A DNA stretch of 64,000 nt from Eledone cirrhosa (GCA_964016885.1 OZ024742.1:160704001-160768000); one strand, 5' to 3'; positions 13,317-26,240 are shown, counted from the stretch's first letter. Translations and numbers: made by a program. The notes: generated from the letters alone by a model not told the origin.

Positions 13317-14547
13317 ATACCTTCCTGCCAGATGATTGAAAGTCTGAAAGTATATACTTTCCTTGTGCGTATTAACGGCTGAACAACCAAATTTGCATAT
13401 CGAGTGGGTTAATCGGCCGGGTGCACCGAAAACGATAAACCGAAAAAATGAAACGAAATTTCATTTCCCACACTTAGCACGGCTGTTACTTAAATATAAC
13501 TATGTAAACGTACATACATATATGTATACAGACGTTCAGTAGTATGTATATATATATATACATACATGCACACATATATGTATGTACGTATGGATTCACC
13601 GAACATTTATAATAATGCTTGCTGTTTTGTAAACAAACATCCCGTATTAAGCCGTAGTGTCTAGCAACCATCGTTGCTCGTTTGTTCAACACTGACAAAG
13701 GAACGCTGTACTGGTTTCAAGGTTATTAGCTATAGTCAGCAACGTACACCTTCCTGCCGGATGATTGAACGTCTGAAAGTATATACTTTCCTTATGCATA
13801 TTAACGGCTGAACAGCCGAATTTGCATATCGAGTGGGTTAATCGGCCAGGTGCACCGAAAACGATAAATCGAAAAAAATGAAACGAAATTTCATTTCCCA
13901 CTCTTAGTACGGATGTTACTTAAATATAAGTATGTATACGTACATACATATATCTATACAGACGTACAGTAGTATCTATATATATATACATACATATATA
14001 TATGTACTTATTGATTCACGGAATATTTATTATGATACTTGGTGTGTTTGTAAACAAACATCCCGTATTAAGCCGTAGTGTCTAGCAACCACCGTTGCTC
14101 GTTTGTTCAACACTGACAAAGGAGCGTTATATTTGTTTCAAGCTTATTAGCTATTGTCAGCAACGTATACCTTCCTGCCAGATGATTGAACGTCTGAAAG
14201 TATATACTTTCCTTATGCATATTAACGGCTGAGCAGCCTAATTTGCATATTGAGTGGGTTAATCGGCCGGGGGCACTGAAAGCGATAAACGGCAAAAATA
14301 AAACAAAACTTCATTTCCCAATCATAGTACGGCTGTTAATTAAATATAACTATGTAAACGTACATACGTATATGTATACAGACGTACAGTAGTATGTATA
14401 TATATATACATACATGTACACATATATATATGTACGTATAGATTCACCGAACATTTATTATAATGCTTGGTGCGTTTGTAAAAAAAAAATATTAAGCCGT
14501 AGTGTCTAGCAACAATCGTTGCTCGTTTGTTCAACACGGACAGAGGA

Positions 14548-14590
14548 ACGCTGTACTAGTTTCAAGCTTATTAGCTATCGTCAGCAACGT
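14548..14590 (-). ncRNA. Minimal type I hammerhead ribozyme, intact (unit 6)
   Basis: acgttg-CTGACGA-tagctaataagctt-GAAA-ctagTA-cagcgt. Confidence 0.8.
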
Positions 14591-15404
14591 ACTCCTTCCT
14601 GCCAGATGATTGAACGTCTGAAAGTATATACTTTCCTTATGCATATTAACGGCTGAGCAGCCTAATTTGCTTATCGAGTGGATTAATCAACCGGGTGCAC
14701 CAAAAACGATAAACGGAAAAAATGAAACGAAATTTCATTTCGCACTTTTAGTACGGCTGTTACTTAAATATAGGTGTGTATACGTACATACATATATGTA
14801 TACAAACGTACAGTAGTATGTATATATATATATACATACATGCACACATATATATATGTACGTATGGATTCACCGAACATTTATTATAATGCTTGCTGTG
14901 TTTGTAAACAAACATCCCGTATTAAGCCGTAGTGTCTAGCAACCATCGTTGCTCATTTGTTCAACACTGACAAAGGAACGCTGTACTGGTTTCAAGGTTA
15001 TTAGCTATAGTCAGCAACGTATACCTTCCTGCCAGATGATTGAACGTCTGAAAGTATATACTTTCCTTATGCATATTAAGGGCTGAGCAGCCTAATTTGC
15101 ATATAGAATGGGTTAATCGGCCGGGTGCACCGAAAACGATAAACGGAAAAATGAAGCGAAATTTCATTTCCCACTCGTAGTACGGCTGTTACTTAAATAT
15201 AACTATGTAAACGTACATACATATATCTATACAGACGTACAGTAGTATGTATATATATATACATACAAGCACACATATATATATGTACTTATTGATTCAC
15301 CGAATATTTATTATAATGCTTGGTGTGTTTGTAAACAAACATCCCGTATTAAGCCGTAGTGTCTAGCAACCATCGTTGCTCGTTTGTTCAACACTGACAA
15401 AGGA

Positions 15405-15447
15405 ACGCTGTATTTGTTTCAAGCTTATTAGCTATCGTCAGCAACGT
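15405..15447 (-). ncRNA. Hammerhead motif with intact core but mutated helix III (unit 8)
   Basis: CTGACGA and GAAA are present; helix III reads ACAAAT instead of ACTAGT. Confidence 0.55.
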
Positions 15448-15830
15448 ATACCTTCCTGCCAGATGATTGAACGTCTGAAAGTATATACTTTCCTTATGCA
15501 TATTAACGGCTGAACAGCCTAATTTGCATATCGAGTGGGTTAATCGGCCGGGGGCACTGAAAACGATAAACGGCAAAAATGAAACAAAACTTCATTTCCC
15601 AACTCTTAGTACGGCTGTTACTTAAATATAAGTATGTATATGTACATACATATATATAAAAAAAACGTACAGTAGTATGTATATATATATACATACATGT
15701 ACACATATATATATGTACGTATAGATTCACGGAACATTTATTATAATGCTTGGTGTGTTTGTAAAAAAAAAATATTAAGCCGTAGTGTCTAGCAACCATC
15801 GTTGCTCGTTTGTTCAACACGGACAGAGGA

Positions 15831-15873
15831 ACGCTGTACTAGTTTCAAGCTTATTAGCTATCGTCAGCAACGT
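15831..15873 (-). ncRNA. Minimal type I hammerhead ribozyme, intact (unit 9)
   Basis: Same motif as unit 6. Confidence 0.8.
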
Positions 15874-16348
15874 ACTCCTTCCTGCCAGATGATTCAACGT
15901 CTGAAAGTATATACTTTCCTTATGCATATTAACGGCTGAGCAGCCTGATTTGCATATCGAGTGGGTTAATCGGCCGGGTGCACCGAAAACGATAAACGGA
16001 AAAACTGAAACGAACTTTCATTTCCCACTCTTAGTACGGCTGTTACTTAAATATAAGTATGTATACGTACATACATATATGTATACAGACGTACAGTAGT
16101 ATGTATATATATATATATATATACATACATGCCCACATGTACGTATGGAATCACCGAACATTTATTATAATGCTTGGTGTGTTTGTAAACAAACATCTGG
16201 TATTAAGCTTTAGTGTCTAGCAACCATTGTTCTTCAAACTCATAAATTTAGTATAGCTCGGATTAATAATTATTTATTTAATTCCTTCATTCATCAAGCC
16301 ACACCGTTGAAGGTAGCCCACACTCATATATGTATCTATGATTATCTC

Positions 16349-16396
<48 letters not shown>

Positions 16397-16446
16397 AGTA
16401 TGTATGTATATGTACATACATATATGTATACAGACGTACAGTAGCA

Positions 16447-16490
<44 letters not shown>

Positions 16491-16641
16491 CAGGTACACA
16501 TACATATATGTACGTATCAGTTTAGCGGACGCTTATTATAGCGCCCGCTTTGTTCGTTTGTAAACAAACTGAACAGCCTGAATTTATGCCGCACGGTGTT
16601 AAGGCAACCACGTCACCTTTTTGTTCAACACTGACACAGGA

Positions 16642-16684
16642 ACGATGTACTAGTTTCAAATTTGTTAGCTATCATCAGCACCGT
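16642..16684 (-). ncRNA. Hammerhead ribozyme of the variant unit (stem II weakened)
   Basis: acggtg-CTGATGA-tagctaacaaattt-GAAA-ctagTA-catcgt. Confidence 0.65.
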
Positions 16685-16916
16685 ATACCCTTCTGCCAGA
16701 TGGTTGAACGTTCGAAAGTATATAATTTCCTTATGAAAATTAACGGCTGAGCAGCCTAATTTGCATATCGAGTGAGTTAAATCGATCAGGCGCACCGAAA
16801 ACGATGAGTTGTAATAAAATTTAACTCACTCGATATGCAAATTAGGCTGCTCAGCCGTTAATTTTCATAAGGAAAGTATATACTTTCGAACGTTCAACCA
16901 TCTGGCAGAAGGGTAT

Positions 16917-16959
16917 ACGGTGCTGATGATAGCTAACAAGCTTGAAACTTGTACATCGT
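16917..16959 (+). ncRNA. Hammerhead ribozyme of the inverted variant unit
   Basis: acggtg-CTGATGA-tagctaacaagctt-GAAA-cttgTA-catcgt, read directly on the + strand. Confidence 0.75.
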
Positions 16960-17084
16960 TCCTGTGTCAGTTGCCTTAACACCGTGCGGCATAAATTCAG
17001 GCTGTTCAGTTTGTTTACAAACGAACAAAGCGGGCGCTATAATAAGCGTCCGCTAAACTGATACGTACATATATGTATGTGTAC

Positions 17085-17149
<65 letters not shown>

Positions 17150-17481
17150 TGCTACTGTACGTCTGTATACATATATGTATGTACGTATACATACATACTT
17201 ACATTTAAGTAAGTGCCGTACTAAGAGTGAGAAATGAAATTTCGTTTTCATTTTATTACAACTATATATATATATATATATGCTGAACAAAGCAGCAGTC
17301 AGGGTGGAGATCATATTTGAGGTCTTGATGTCCACCGGTAGAAAATGAAAAGGGGACAGTAAAGAGCTGAATAACAAAAATGAATAAAGAAAAACAAACA
17401 AACATTTACTGTGTAAGCGATGCTGCAGCACAGTATGACCGCAGTCTAAAGATTGAAACTAAAAATAGAACAAAATATAAA

Positions 17482-17650
17482 TAATTGTTTCTACTTTTGG
17501 AACAAGGCCAGCAATTATTCCAGTGCATTACTGGTACTTTATTTTATCGACCCCGTAAGGGTGAAAGGCAACGTTAACCTCGGCTGGATTTGAACCCAGA
17601 CTGTAAAGGGCCGTAACTCTTTGCTGAAAAGTATGGCGTCCGACCCTCTA
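17482..17650 (-). mobile_element. tRNA-derived SINE (5' end slightly truncated)
   Basis: Match to the SINE family body and tail. Confidence 0.75.
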
Positions 17651-18229
17651 TGCTTCAATTTCGCAATGATTAAGGGGAGGAAAATGGTATTGAATAGCAA
17701 TTATCGTCTGTGGCCAGGATCTGTTTTCCATTGTTCTTTCATCTTAACATGATATTCTCTGATGCTTTGCCTTTCTTTTTTTACCTTTAACGGTACATAA
17801 TATAACTAATCTTTACTTTTATAATCCTATGAACTCATGATTACATGATCTCATCTCAACTGTCCCCCTGGTCTAGGGAATTTCCAAACTCGTATGTATG
17901 TATGTATGTATGAATGTCCTGCAGGATGTCCAAAGTCACCCTCCTCACCAAGAAACCTTGGTGGGTTGCCAGTTTAGTCGCCAACGACGCGACCATGGGA
18001 CAGGTTGTACTGGGATACTGGTAACAAGTTTTACCAATAGAGAGAGAGTCGGTTTCTAACATAGACACAAGACCCTCTCATTGGAATTTACACATCAACT
18101 AGGTAGATATGTATGGACATCTGCATGCATGTGTGTGCAGATATGGATCTTATTGTATGTGTGGATGTTTTGAGTTATATGTGTGCATGTGCATACGCTT
18201 TGAATCTGTACATGTGTATATGCAGTTTT

Positions 18230-18875
18230 TAGATACAACATTTTTGGAATCATTTACATATTTTTACTGGATTGTACTTGTAATTTCCTAACTAGTTGTG
18301 TTCTTTCTGTTTCTGTGAAGCCCAGCTTCTCAAGATTTGTATTGAGGCAGTTACTAACACATCCCAGTGCCCCAATATTCACAGCCATAAATCTGAAAGT
18401 ATAGTCAGGGTGGAGTGTCTGCAGATTTATCATTAGTTCTGCATAAATATTCTCCTTTTCGTTAATCTTTGATATTATATTGGCATCTGCTGGGCAACTA
18501 ACTTCCACTACTGTGCATGCCTTCTTTTCCATGTCCTATATCATTATATCTGGTCTGTTATGTCTGCATTTTATTGGGGTTTTTACTGGAACATTCCACC
18601 AGTAATCTTTCATATTATGTATATGTATGTTTTCCACATTGCTGTAACTTTTAATGTGTTTATTATCGGGGCTATCTTTTCTACGGATTGCATTGTACAG
18701 TGTTTTGACCACTACACCATACCTCATAGGTAGATAATACCGCGATGACATCTTTGGACAGCTGCTTATGACATGGGTGACATCTTCGATGTTAATTCTG
18801 CAGAGTCTTCACTTGTTGTCACATCTAGGTGTTTTACCTGCATCCCTATCTCTTTTGTGAATCAGGTATTTCGTA
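18230..18875 (-). mobile_element. Degenerate RLE-type non-LTR retrotransposon 3' fragment
   Basis: Interrupted ORFs with RHNRPDIMI, ACTVVEVSCPAD and IGALG, plus an upstream CR.C..EDVTHVISSC remnant. Confidence 0.7.
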
Positions 18876-19166
18876 TGTATGCTCAAGTTTTATTTGTTTA
18901 ATTTCTCGTCAATAGAAAGAGGGAGAAAGAAGGAGCCAGCCTCTAGCCCAGAAACAAGGCTTTTGCTTTGGAATGTAAACATCAACTAGATAATCGTGTA
19001 TGCCTGCTGTACATATGAATGTATACAGCTAGGGATAATATTGCAAATGTGTATATGAATGTTTTGAATTATACATACGCATATAAATATATTTTTTTAT
19101 ATCTACACGTATTATTTTATTATATCTACACGTATTATTTTATTATATCTACATCTACCTACAAAG

Positions 19167-19750
19167 GGCGGTGGATTGGCAGTATCGGTAGAGGGTCGGA
19201 CGCCATGCTTTGACGTATAGAGTTACGGCCCTTGCCATTCTGAGTTCAATTCCCGCTGAGGTTAACTTTGCCTTTCATCCTTACGGGGTCGATAAAATAA
19301 AGTACCAGTAATGCACTGGGTATTTGCTTGCCTTGTGCCAAAAGTAGAAACAATTATATCTACAAGTACATCCTGCTTCTTGGCATAGAGTTACGGCTCT
19401 TTGCGTTCTGATTTCTAATCCTGTCGAGGTTATCTTTGTCTACGACTACCAGTAGTTTTTATCACAAAACACTGGATTCGAGAAGGTAAACACAACAATC
19501 TCTTATATTTATTATTTAACAATAAACGAGAGGGTGGATTGGCAATATCGGTAGAGGGTCAGACACCATGCTTTGCAGCAAAGAGTTACGGCCCTTTATG
19601 ATCTGAGTTCAAATCCCGCCGCGGTTAACTTTGCCTTTCATCCTTACGTGATCGATAAAATACAGTACCAGTAATGCACTGGGGTTCGACTTAATCGACT
19701 TTCTCCTCTCCCCAAATTGCTGGCCTTGTACCTATAAGTAGAAATCATTA
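19167..19750 (+). mobile_element. Cluster of tRNA-derived SINEs (19167-19355, partial 19375-19440, 19530-19750)
   Basis: A and B boxes and conserved body. Confidence 0.8.
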
Positions 19751-20882
19751 CATTTACACGTGTTTATATGCAGTTATTACATGCGATAAAGTTTTGCTTT
19801 ACAGTTCCGTAAAATGCTTGAACTTGTAATTTCCTAATTAGAAGTTATCTTTCAGGTTTTGTGAAACTCAGCGTCTCACGATTTGTGCTGAAGCACTTAG
19901 TAACACTTTAATCCTACAGTCTGAAGGTGGAGTATCTACAGGTTGTTCATTGGTTCGGCATAAATGCTCTTCGTTTCGCTAATCTTTAGCATATTAACAT
20001 GTTCTGAATAGCTAATTTCCACTACTATGCATGACTTCTTTTCTCTGTTTAATATCATTAAGTCTAGTTTGCTGTGTTTATATTTTACCTAGGTTTTGTC
20101 AGGAACATTCCACCAGTACTCATTTATATTATGTGTGAATATGTCCCTGCTGTAACAATGGCAACAACACAACTAGTTAATTACATTTAAAATACAGATC
20201 TACCTCTTCCGTTCCTATACTTTTCGTGAAAGACACTGCCAATGATTTTCAATAAATTTTGAAAAAAAATCAATAATTTAAAGGGATTTTGTAAAATTAC
20301 AAACTTTCTCATTATTAAGCTATTGGTAAGGGAAGTTAATTGGTAGAATAAAAAAAAGCGATAGTGCGGATGATAGCGAGAAAACCGCATTAGATGACCA
20401 TTTATCTCAGGGAATTCGTTCGATTACAGTGAGTAGGGAAGTGATTTAGGGATCAAAAATGCTAGAAATCTTCACAGTTAAGAGTTTGAAGGAAACTAGT
20501 CCACTTCATGGGGATCATTCCTAGTGGTAGCCAACTCAGTCCCGATAACAGTGAGTAGGAGGGGGGTGTCATGAACCAACAACGCTAAAAGTTTCCACCA
20601 CTATAGGTTTAACAACAAAACTACCGGATAGCGGCCAATACTTCAACAGCTTTATTATCGCGTCCTAGTTAAAGTGGAACGAGATGACTGTGATGCCATC
20701 TAGCTTTTACTGTCCCCTCGGTCTAATTCCACAGGTTCGAGCAGCAATGGGAAACCAGCAGCGTCAAAGCCATGCTTAATGATATATTTTACTATGATTT
20801 ATTCATCTATCTATATATCTCTGTGTGGTGTATTTCGCTCTCTCTCTCTCTGTATATATATGTATATAATAATAATAATAAT

Positions 20883-21559
20883 CATATAATTTCAATGTGC
20901 AGTCCTATAGCTCCAACCGAATACCTAAACAGGCATGACAGAGCTGCACGATACATACATTGGATAATGTGTAAGCATTTTGACCTGCCCCATCAAAAGT
21001 ATTGGTGGGGGCATCAACCACCTCCCATACTTGAAAAAGATCACATCTCAATCTTGTGGAACTTTAGCATCCAAACAGACCGAAAAATAGATGCAAATAG
21101 ACCTGATATAATATTGAAGGACTTTAAAAAGAGGGTATGCCTGCTAATTGATATGTCTGTTCCAATAGACAAGAATGTATCTATAAAAACATTTGAAAAA
21201 TTGAGCAAGTATAACGACCTGGAGATAGAAGTTGGAAAAATGTGGAAATTGAGAACTAAAACAATACCAGTGGTTGTAGACGCTCTAGGAATGATACCTA
21301 AGGGGTCTAATGATTACTTATCGCAAATCCCAGGAAACCTGCGTATAGGAGAAATACAAAAGATAGTACTAATGGGAACTGCCCATATACTAAGGAAGAT
21401 TCTGTCAATATAAGTACATCACAATTCTAAACACCTAAAGATGCATGTGTGCGTGTATGTATGTTCTTTCTTGAACATGGCGGACCTTGTTGTCTCTTGA
21501 GGTCACTTGTTGTGACTTGGTGATAACTCGTATGAACATAAAGCAAGATAAATGCAACT

Positions 21560-21560
<1 letters not shown>
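20883..21560 (+). mobile_element. R4/Dong-like family B 3' fragment flanked by (TAA)n on both sides
   Basis: HIISMC..RHD..RPDII..RKILSI, near-identical to 4101-4630. (AAT)n lies at about 20868-20882 and 21561-21615. Confidence 0.9.
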
Positions 21561-21612
<52 letters not shown>

Positions 21613-21615
<3 letters not shown>

Positions 21616-21701
21616 TGTTTCTACTTTAGGCACAAGGTCAGCAATTACTCAGTGCATTACTGGTACTTTATCTTATCGACCCCGTAAGGATGAAAGGCAA
21701 A
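21613..21701 (-). mobile_element. SINE 3' fragment
   Basis: ttgtttctactttaggcacaagg..cgaccccgtaaggatgaaaggcaaa. Confidence 0.7.
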
Positions 21702-22051
21702 ATAATAAGGACGATTTGTTGTCTTCATTATGTTTATTGAGTAGTGACGTGCGTTTCGCTGTTGATCAGCTGAAGGTTTGATTTATACCGATCTAGCCCG
21801 AATCTACTGACTGGAAACTATGCATCGAGTGCTCACTCTGGTGAACCTACAATCACTGGACGTTACAATCCCTAAATATATACTCCCATGTACGTCAATA
21901 CTCATCTTTTTCCATTTCTCCGAGGGTTCTTAACCCCACTATCAGGCTAAATCATTTCTTTAATTTCTTTAGTCAAAATACGGCGATAGCTTACATTTAT
22001 AATAATTTCAAACCCACTCGCTGTTTCGAAAATATTCTAATTATATATATA

Positions 22052-22503
22052 TATATTGTTTAGAAATGTAAGAGAAACACAAACATAAGACAATTCTCCT
22101 CTTCAGTTGTCTGCTAAGGGTCCCTGATGTTTCGACCATTTAAGACAATACATCTATCCACAGTGCGCTAATAACTAGAGGTAGTACATGTACTATTGTC
22201 TCGTGCTTCCTCCTCACTATCGATATGTTTTTTTTTCTTCTGTTTACTTTCTTTTTCTGTCGATCTCTCTCCTACTTTGTTTCCTACCCTAATAACTACC
22301 TCTAGATATTAACGCACTGTGGATATTGTCTTTATTATTAACCACACAGCACCCTGTCTCTTTTAATTGATATTAATCTATTGCTGTGACCTTCGTTCTA
22401 TTCTCTCTGCCTCGCTTGTTGTTATTCCGATCTTGGACCTACGTCTTACCCTTTTGGATTAACTTTTTTCCTTCCTCCTTTCTCCCCCTCTCTCTCTCTC
22501 TCT

Positions 22504-22544
<41 letters not shown>

Positions 22545-23010
22545 AATCACTTATCCTCTTTCTCTCCCACCATCTATCCCCTTGCTTCCCCTCTCTCTCT
22601 CTGCTCCCCGACCACTTCCCCATCCCCCTCCCACTTCCATTTTCATTCGTCTCTCCCTCTTTACGCCTGTTCTCACTAAGTTCAGACGTGTTTCACTTCG
22701 CCCTCTCTCATGCTGTTAATAAGGTCTCCTTTTTAACTTCGTCCTCTCTCCAATTGGCTACTATCACTTACATGTACTACTGTCTCATGTTACCCCTCTC
22801 TATCGGTATGTTTTACTGTTTTTTCTTCTGTTTATTTTCTTTTTATGTCGTTCTTTCCGTTGTTTCCTCCCCTAATAACTACCAATAGTTAACGCACTGT
22901 GGATAGATGTATTGTCTTTAATATGACGAAACATCAGAGACCCACAGCAGACAACTGAAAATGGAAATTGTCTTATGTTTGTGTTTCTCTTACATTTCTA
23001 AATAATATCT
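22052..23010. repeat. Element bounded by ~120-bp imperfect inverted repeats (about 22052-22170 and 22890-23010), possibly a PLE remnant
   Basis: tttagaaatgtaagagaaacacaaacataagacaatt..catctatccacagtgcg is reverse-complementary to cgcactgtggatagatg..aattgtcttatgtttgtgtttctcttacatttctaaa. Confidence 0.65.
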
Positions 23011-23046
23011 ATTAGTAACCACACAGCACCATGTCTCTTTTAATTC

Positions 23047-23080
<34 letters not shown>

Positions 23081-24351
23081 GGGCGCGCGCACGCGCACAC
23101 ATACACACATATATATGCACACACATATACATGCATGCATACATACATACATATACATATATACATATATACATATATATATATATATATGAATATATAT
23201 ATATATATATATATACGTATATATATATATATATATATATACATATATATGTATATATATATGTATATATATGTATATATGCAACACAATGCTAGCATCA
23301 AATTACAAGCGAAAAAAAGAATTGCAGCAACAACGTCTATCGTTGTTGATTTAGAGATGTAACGTGGTACTAGTGTTAGGTCAATTAGATCGGGTGTGTG
23401 TATGTGTGTGTGTATATGTGTGTGTGTGTATGTGTATGTGTGTGTGTGTGTGTGTATATGAGGGAGATGATGTGTGAGTGTGTGTGTGTGTGTATCTGAG
23501 ATAGATAAATTGATAGGTAGGTAGATAGATAGATAGATAGATAGACTGGGAGTGTGTGTATGTGTGTGAGAGAAGACTGTGTACGTGAGAGCGTGAGTGT
23601 GTGTTTGTGGGTGTGAGGGAGAGAGAGTGTGTGTGTGTGAGAGATTGTGTGCAAACGAGAGTGTGTGTATGAGTGTAAGAGAGAATGAGTGTGTTTGTGT
23701 ACGTGACAAAGACTGTGAATGCATATGAGAGAAAAAGTGTGTGTATGGGTATCGAAAAACAGAGTGCGTATATGTGCGTGCATGTGAGAGACAGAGTAGG
23801 TATGTGTATGTGTGCATGAGTATTTGTGTGTGCACGTGTGTGTGTGTACGAGACAGAAATTGAATGGAGGGTATGGATCTGTGTATGTGTGTATACGAGT
23901 GTGTGTGTGTCTATGTATGTGTGTGTCTGTGTGTGCGTGTGTATGTGTGTATGTGCACGTGTGCGTGTGTGTGTATGTGTGTGAGAGACAGAGAGAGGGG
24001 GAGTGAGAGAGTGTGTTTGTGTGTGTGTTGTATGGGTGTGTGCGTGTGTATATGTGTATGTATGTGTGTGTGTGTGTGTGTATCTGTGGATGTGTATCTG
24101 TGTATGTGTATGTGGGTGTATGTGAGAGAGAGAGAGAGGGGGAGGGAAAGAGAGAGTGTACGTGCGTGTAAGTGTGTGTATGTGTGTGATGTGTGTGTGT
24201 GTGTTGTGTGTGTGTATGTATGTATGTATGTATGTATGTATGTGTGTGTATGTGTGTATATGTGCATGTGTGTGTGTTTGTGTGTACGTGTGTGGATGTG
24301 CATGCGAGTGTGTATGTATGTGTATGTGTATGTGTTTGTATGTGTGTGTAT

Positions 24352-24397
<46 letters not shown>

Positions 24398-24400
24398 TTG
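23047..24400. repeat. Compound (TA)n/(TG)n/(GA)n/(TAGA)n microsatellite field
   Basis: Direct inspection. Confidence 0.9.
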
Positions 24401-24688
24401 TGATGTCTAGTGGTAGACACATCAGTTTGCTGTTGTGAAAGGATTATTTTTACCATCTGCGAGCAGCAAAATAAGACAGATAGTTGAACACTGGGCTAAC
24501 TTTGTACTTTTATTCTCATACCCTATTACTGGTTTCAGTGATGGTACTGCGGTCATGCTGCGGCACTATAATATTACTGGTTTTAGTGGTTACCCCAATA
24601 CTTATTTTATTGTATCAATTCTTCTTTTTCTTTTTTTTTTAAACCGATAAATTACGGGGAATAAACACAGGCACAGAAACAAACACAA

Positions 24689-24817
<129 letters not shown>

Positions 24818-24981
24818 ACCTGTATGAGAAGGCTGATTGTATACAGTTGTATAACTGCTATAGAACAGTCAATATGTCAATATGATCAACCCTCCGAAAC
24901 GATCGTAAAAGAATGCTATATAACCCAACATTATATGGACCTCGTAACAGCATTGTGTGCTTCGAACGGTGCGCCACCACC

Positions 24982-25058
<77 letters not shown>

Positions 25059-25072
25059 TGTACACACACACA

Positions 25073-25120
<48 letters not shown>

Positions 25121-26193
25121 CATACGAGGGAATTTGTAGTTTCCGTCTACCCAATTACACTCACAAGGCATTGGTCAGCCCGACACTTTTATAAAAGGCC
25201 CTTGTACAAGATGCCTCACATTGGGACAGAACCCAGATTCCCGAGGTTGTGAAGTGAACGCCATAACAACACAGTTTGTTTGTTTTTGTTATCAGTTAGT
25301 TCTAGGTCAGATCAATCAAGCAGAAGTAAGGTCAAAGACGTTCTAGCCCTAACCATGTTTACTTATTCCTTTTTAATTATTTCAGACATATAAACTATAT
25401 ATATGCAAGACATCGCCTGGGCCAAAACTGGCCGAAACTTTCAAAGTTATCAAAATTATAAATACAGCTATATATACATATGCCCATAGAATTCTTAAAG
25501 AGTGAGGAATAAAGATTCAATTAAAGAAGATTAAAAAAGATCAAAAAATGTTAAACTTACTTGCACGTAGCAAAGTAGTGAAATTTATTGAAGATGCTCT
25601 CAAGTAAAAACACACCTGCACACACACACACATATATATACACACACAATCACACATGTCGTAGCTAGTTATAACTATTCGTACGGGCATTGTAAAAAGA
25701 AATATTTCAAAAATGTTCTTGTTTGATACATTGTACTTGTATGAGGTTGACTTTAGATCTCCATTAATATCCTGACTGATTCAGTATAATGGCAATATAT
25801 ATATTCCTTATGTATTTCGTAATTTTTTTATCTTGAAAGAGGAAAATCAAGTGTTATTTCTGTCAACTTTTTACTTTTGATACCAAACTCCCTGAATCCT
25901 CACCACAACTCTATAATACAAAACTGTTTGTTCTGAAGTGTTTATATTATAAACCTTACATTATAAATATTTCAAAAAAACCTTTGTCAAAGTATCTTTT
26001 AAAGACCAGCTTAATAATGACGAAGGTTAGTTGCTTTAATGCATCCATTCATATCCTTAACTATTTTCAAAATTATTTGCAAATCATAAGCAGCGCCTTT
26101 CATTAGAAATAGGGTAGTAAGTTTGACTAATGTGCTTAGTACTTGAGCGAATTGTGAGGGAAATGGTTCTGCACACTTTCTTAATTTATCAAT

Positions 26194-26240
<47 letters not shown>

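Larger units (their letters stand above)
12180..16230 (-). repeat. Tandem satellite of ~425-bp units (9 full plus 1 partial), each full unit with a hammerhead ribozyme motif or its remnant (retrozyme-like array)
   Basis: The motif recurs at 12396, 12821, 13274, 13703, 14124, 14548, 14978, 15405 and 15831. Spacing is 421-453 bp, varying mainly with an internal (TA)n. Confidence 0.9.
16395..17262. repeat. Inverted pair of a variant satellite unit (long hairpin, arms ~390 bp)
   Basis: About 16395-16782 is the reverse complement of about 16819-17200. Both arms are a diverged version of the 425-bp unit. Confidence 0.85.

Noticed and set aside
12180-16230. Repeated short ORFs (MKFRFIF..CQC) as a peptide gene family, or the array as CRISPR-like
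   Set aside because: Start codons and frames are not conserved between units. Whole units repeat with no unique spacers, there are no cas genes, and the context is eukaryotic.
22866-22955. Possible hammerhead in the 22-23 kb inverted-repeat element
   Set aside because: The core would need several substitutions (ctaataa or ctgtgga) and the stems are ambiguous.
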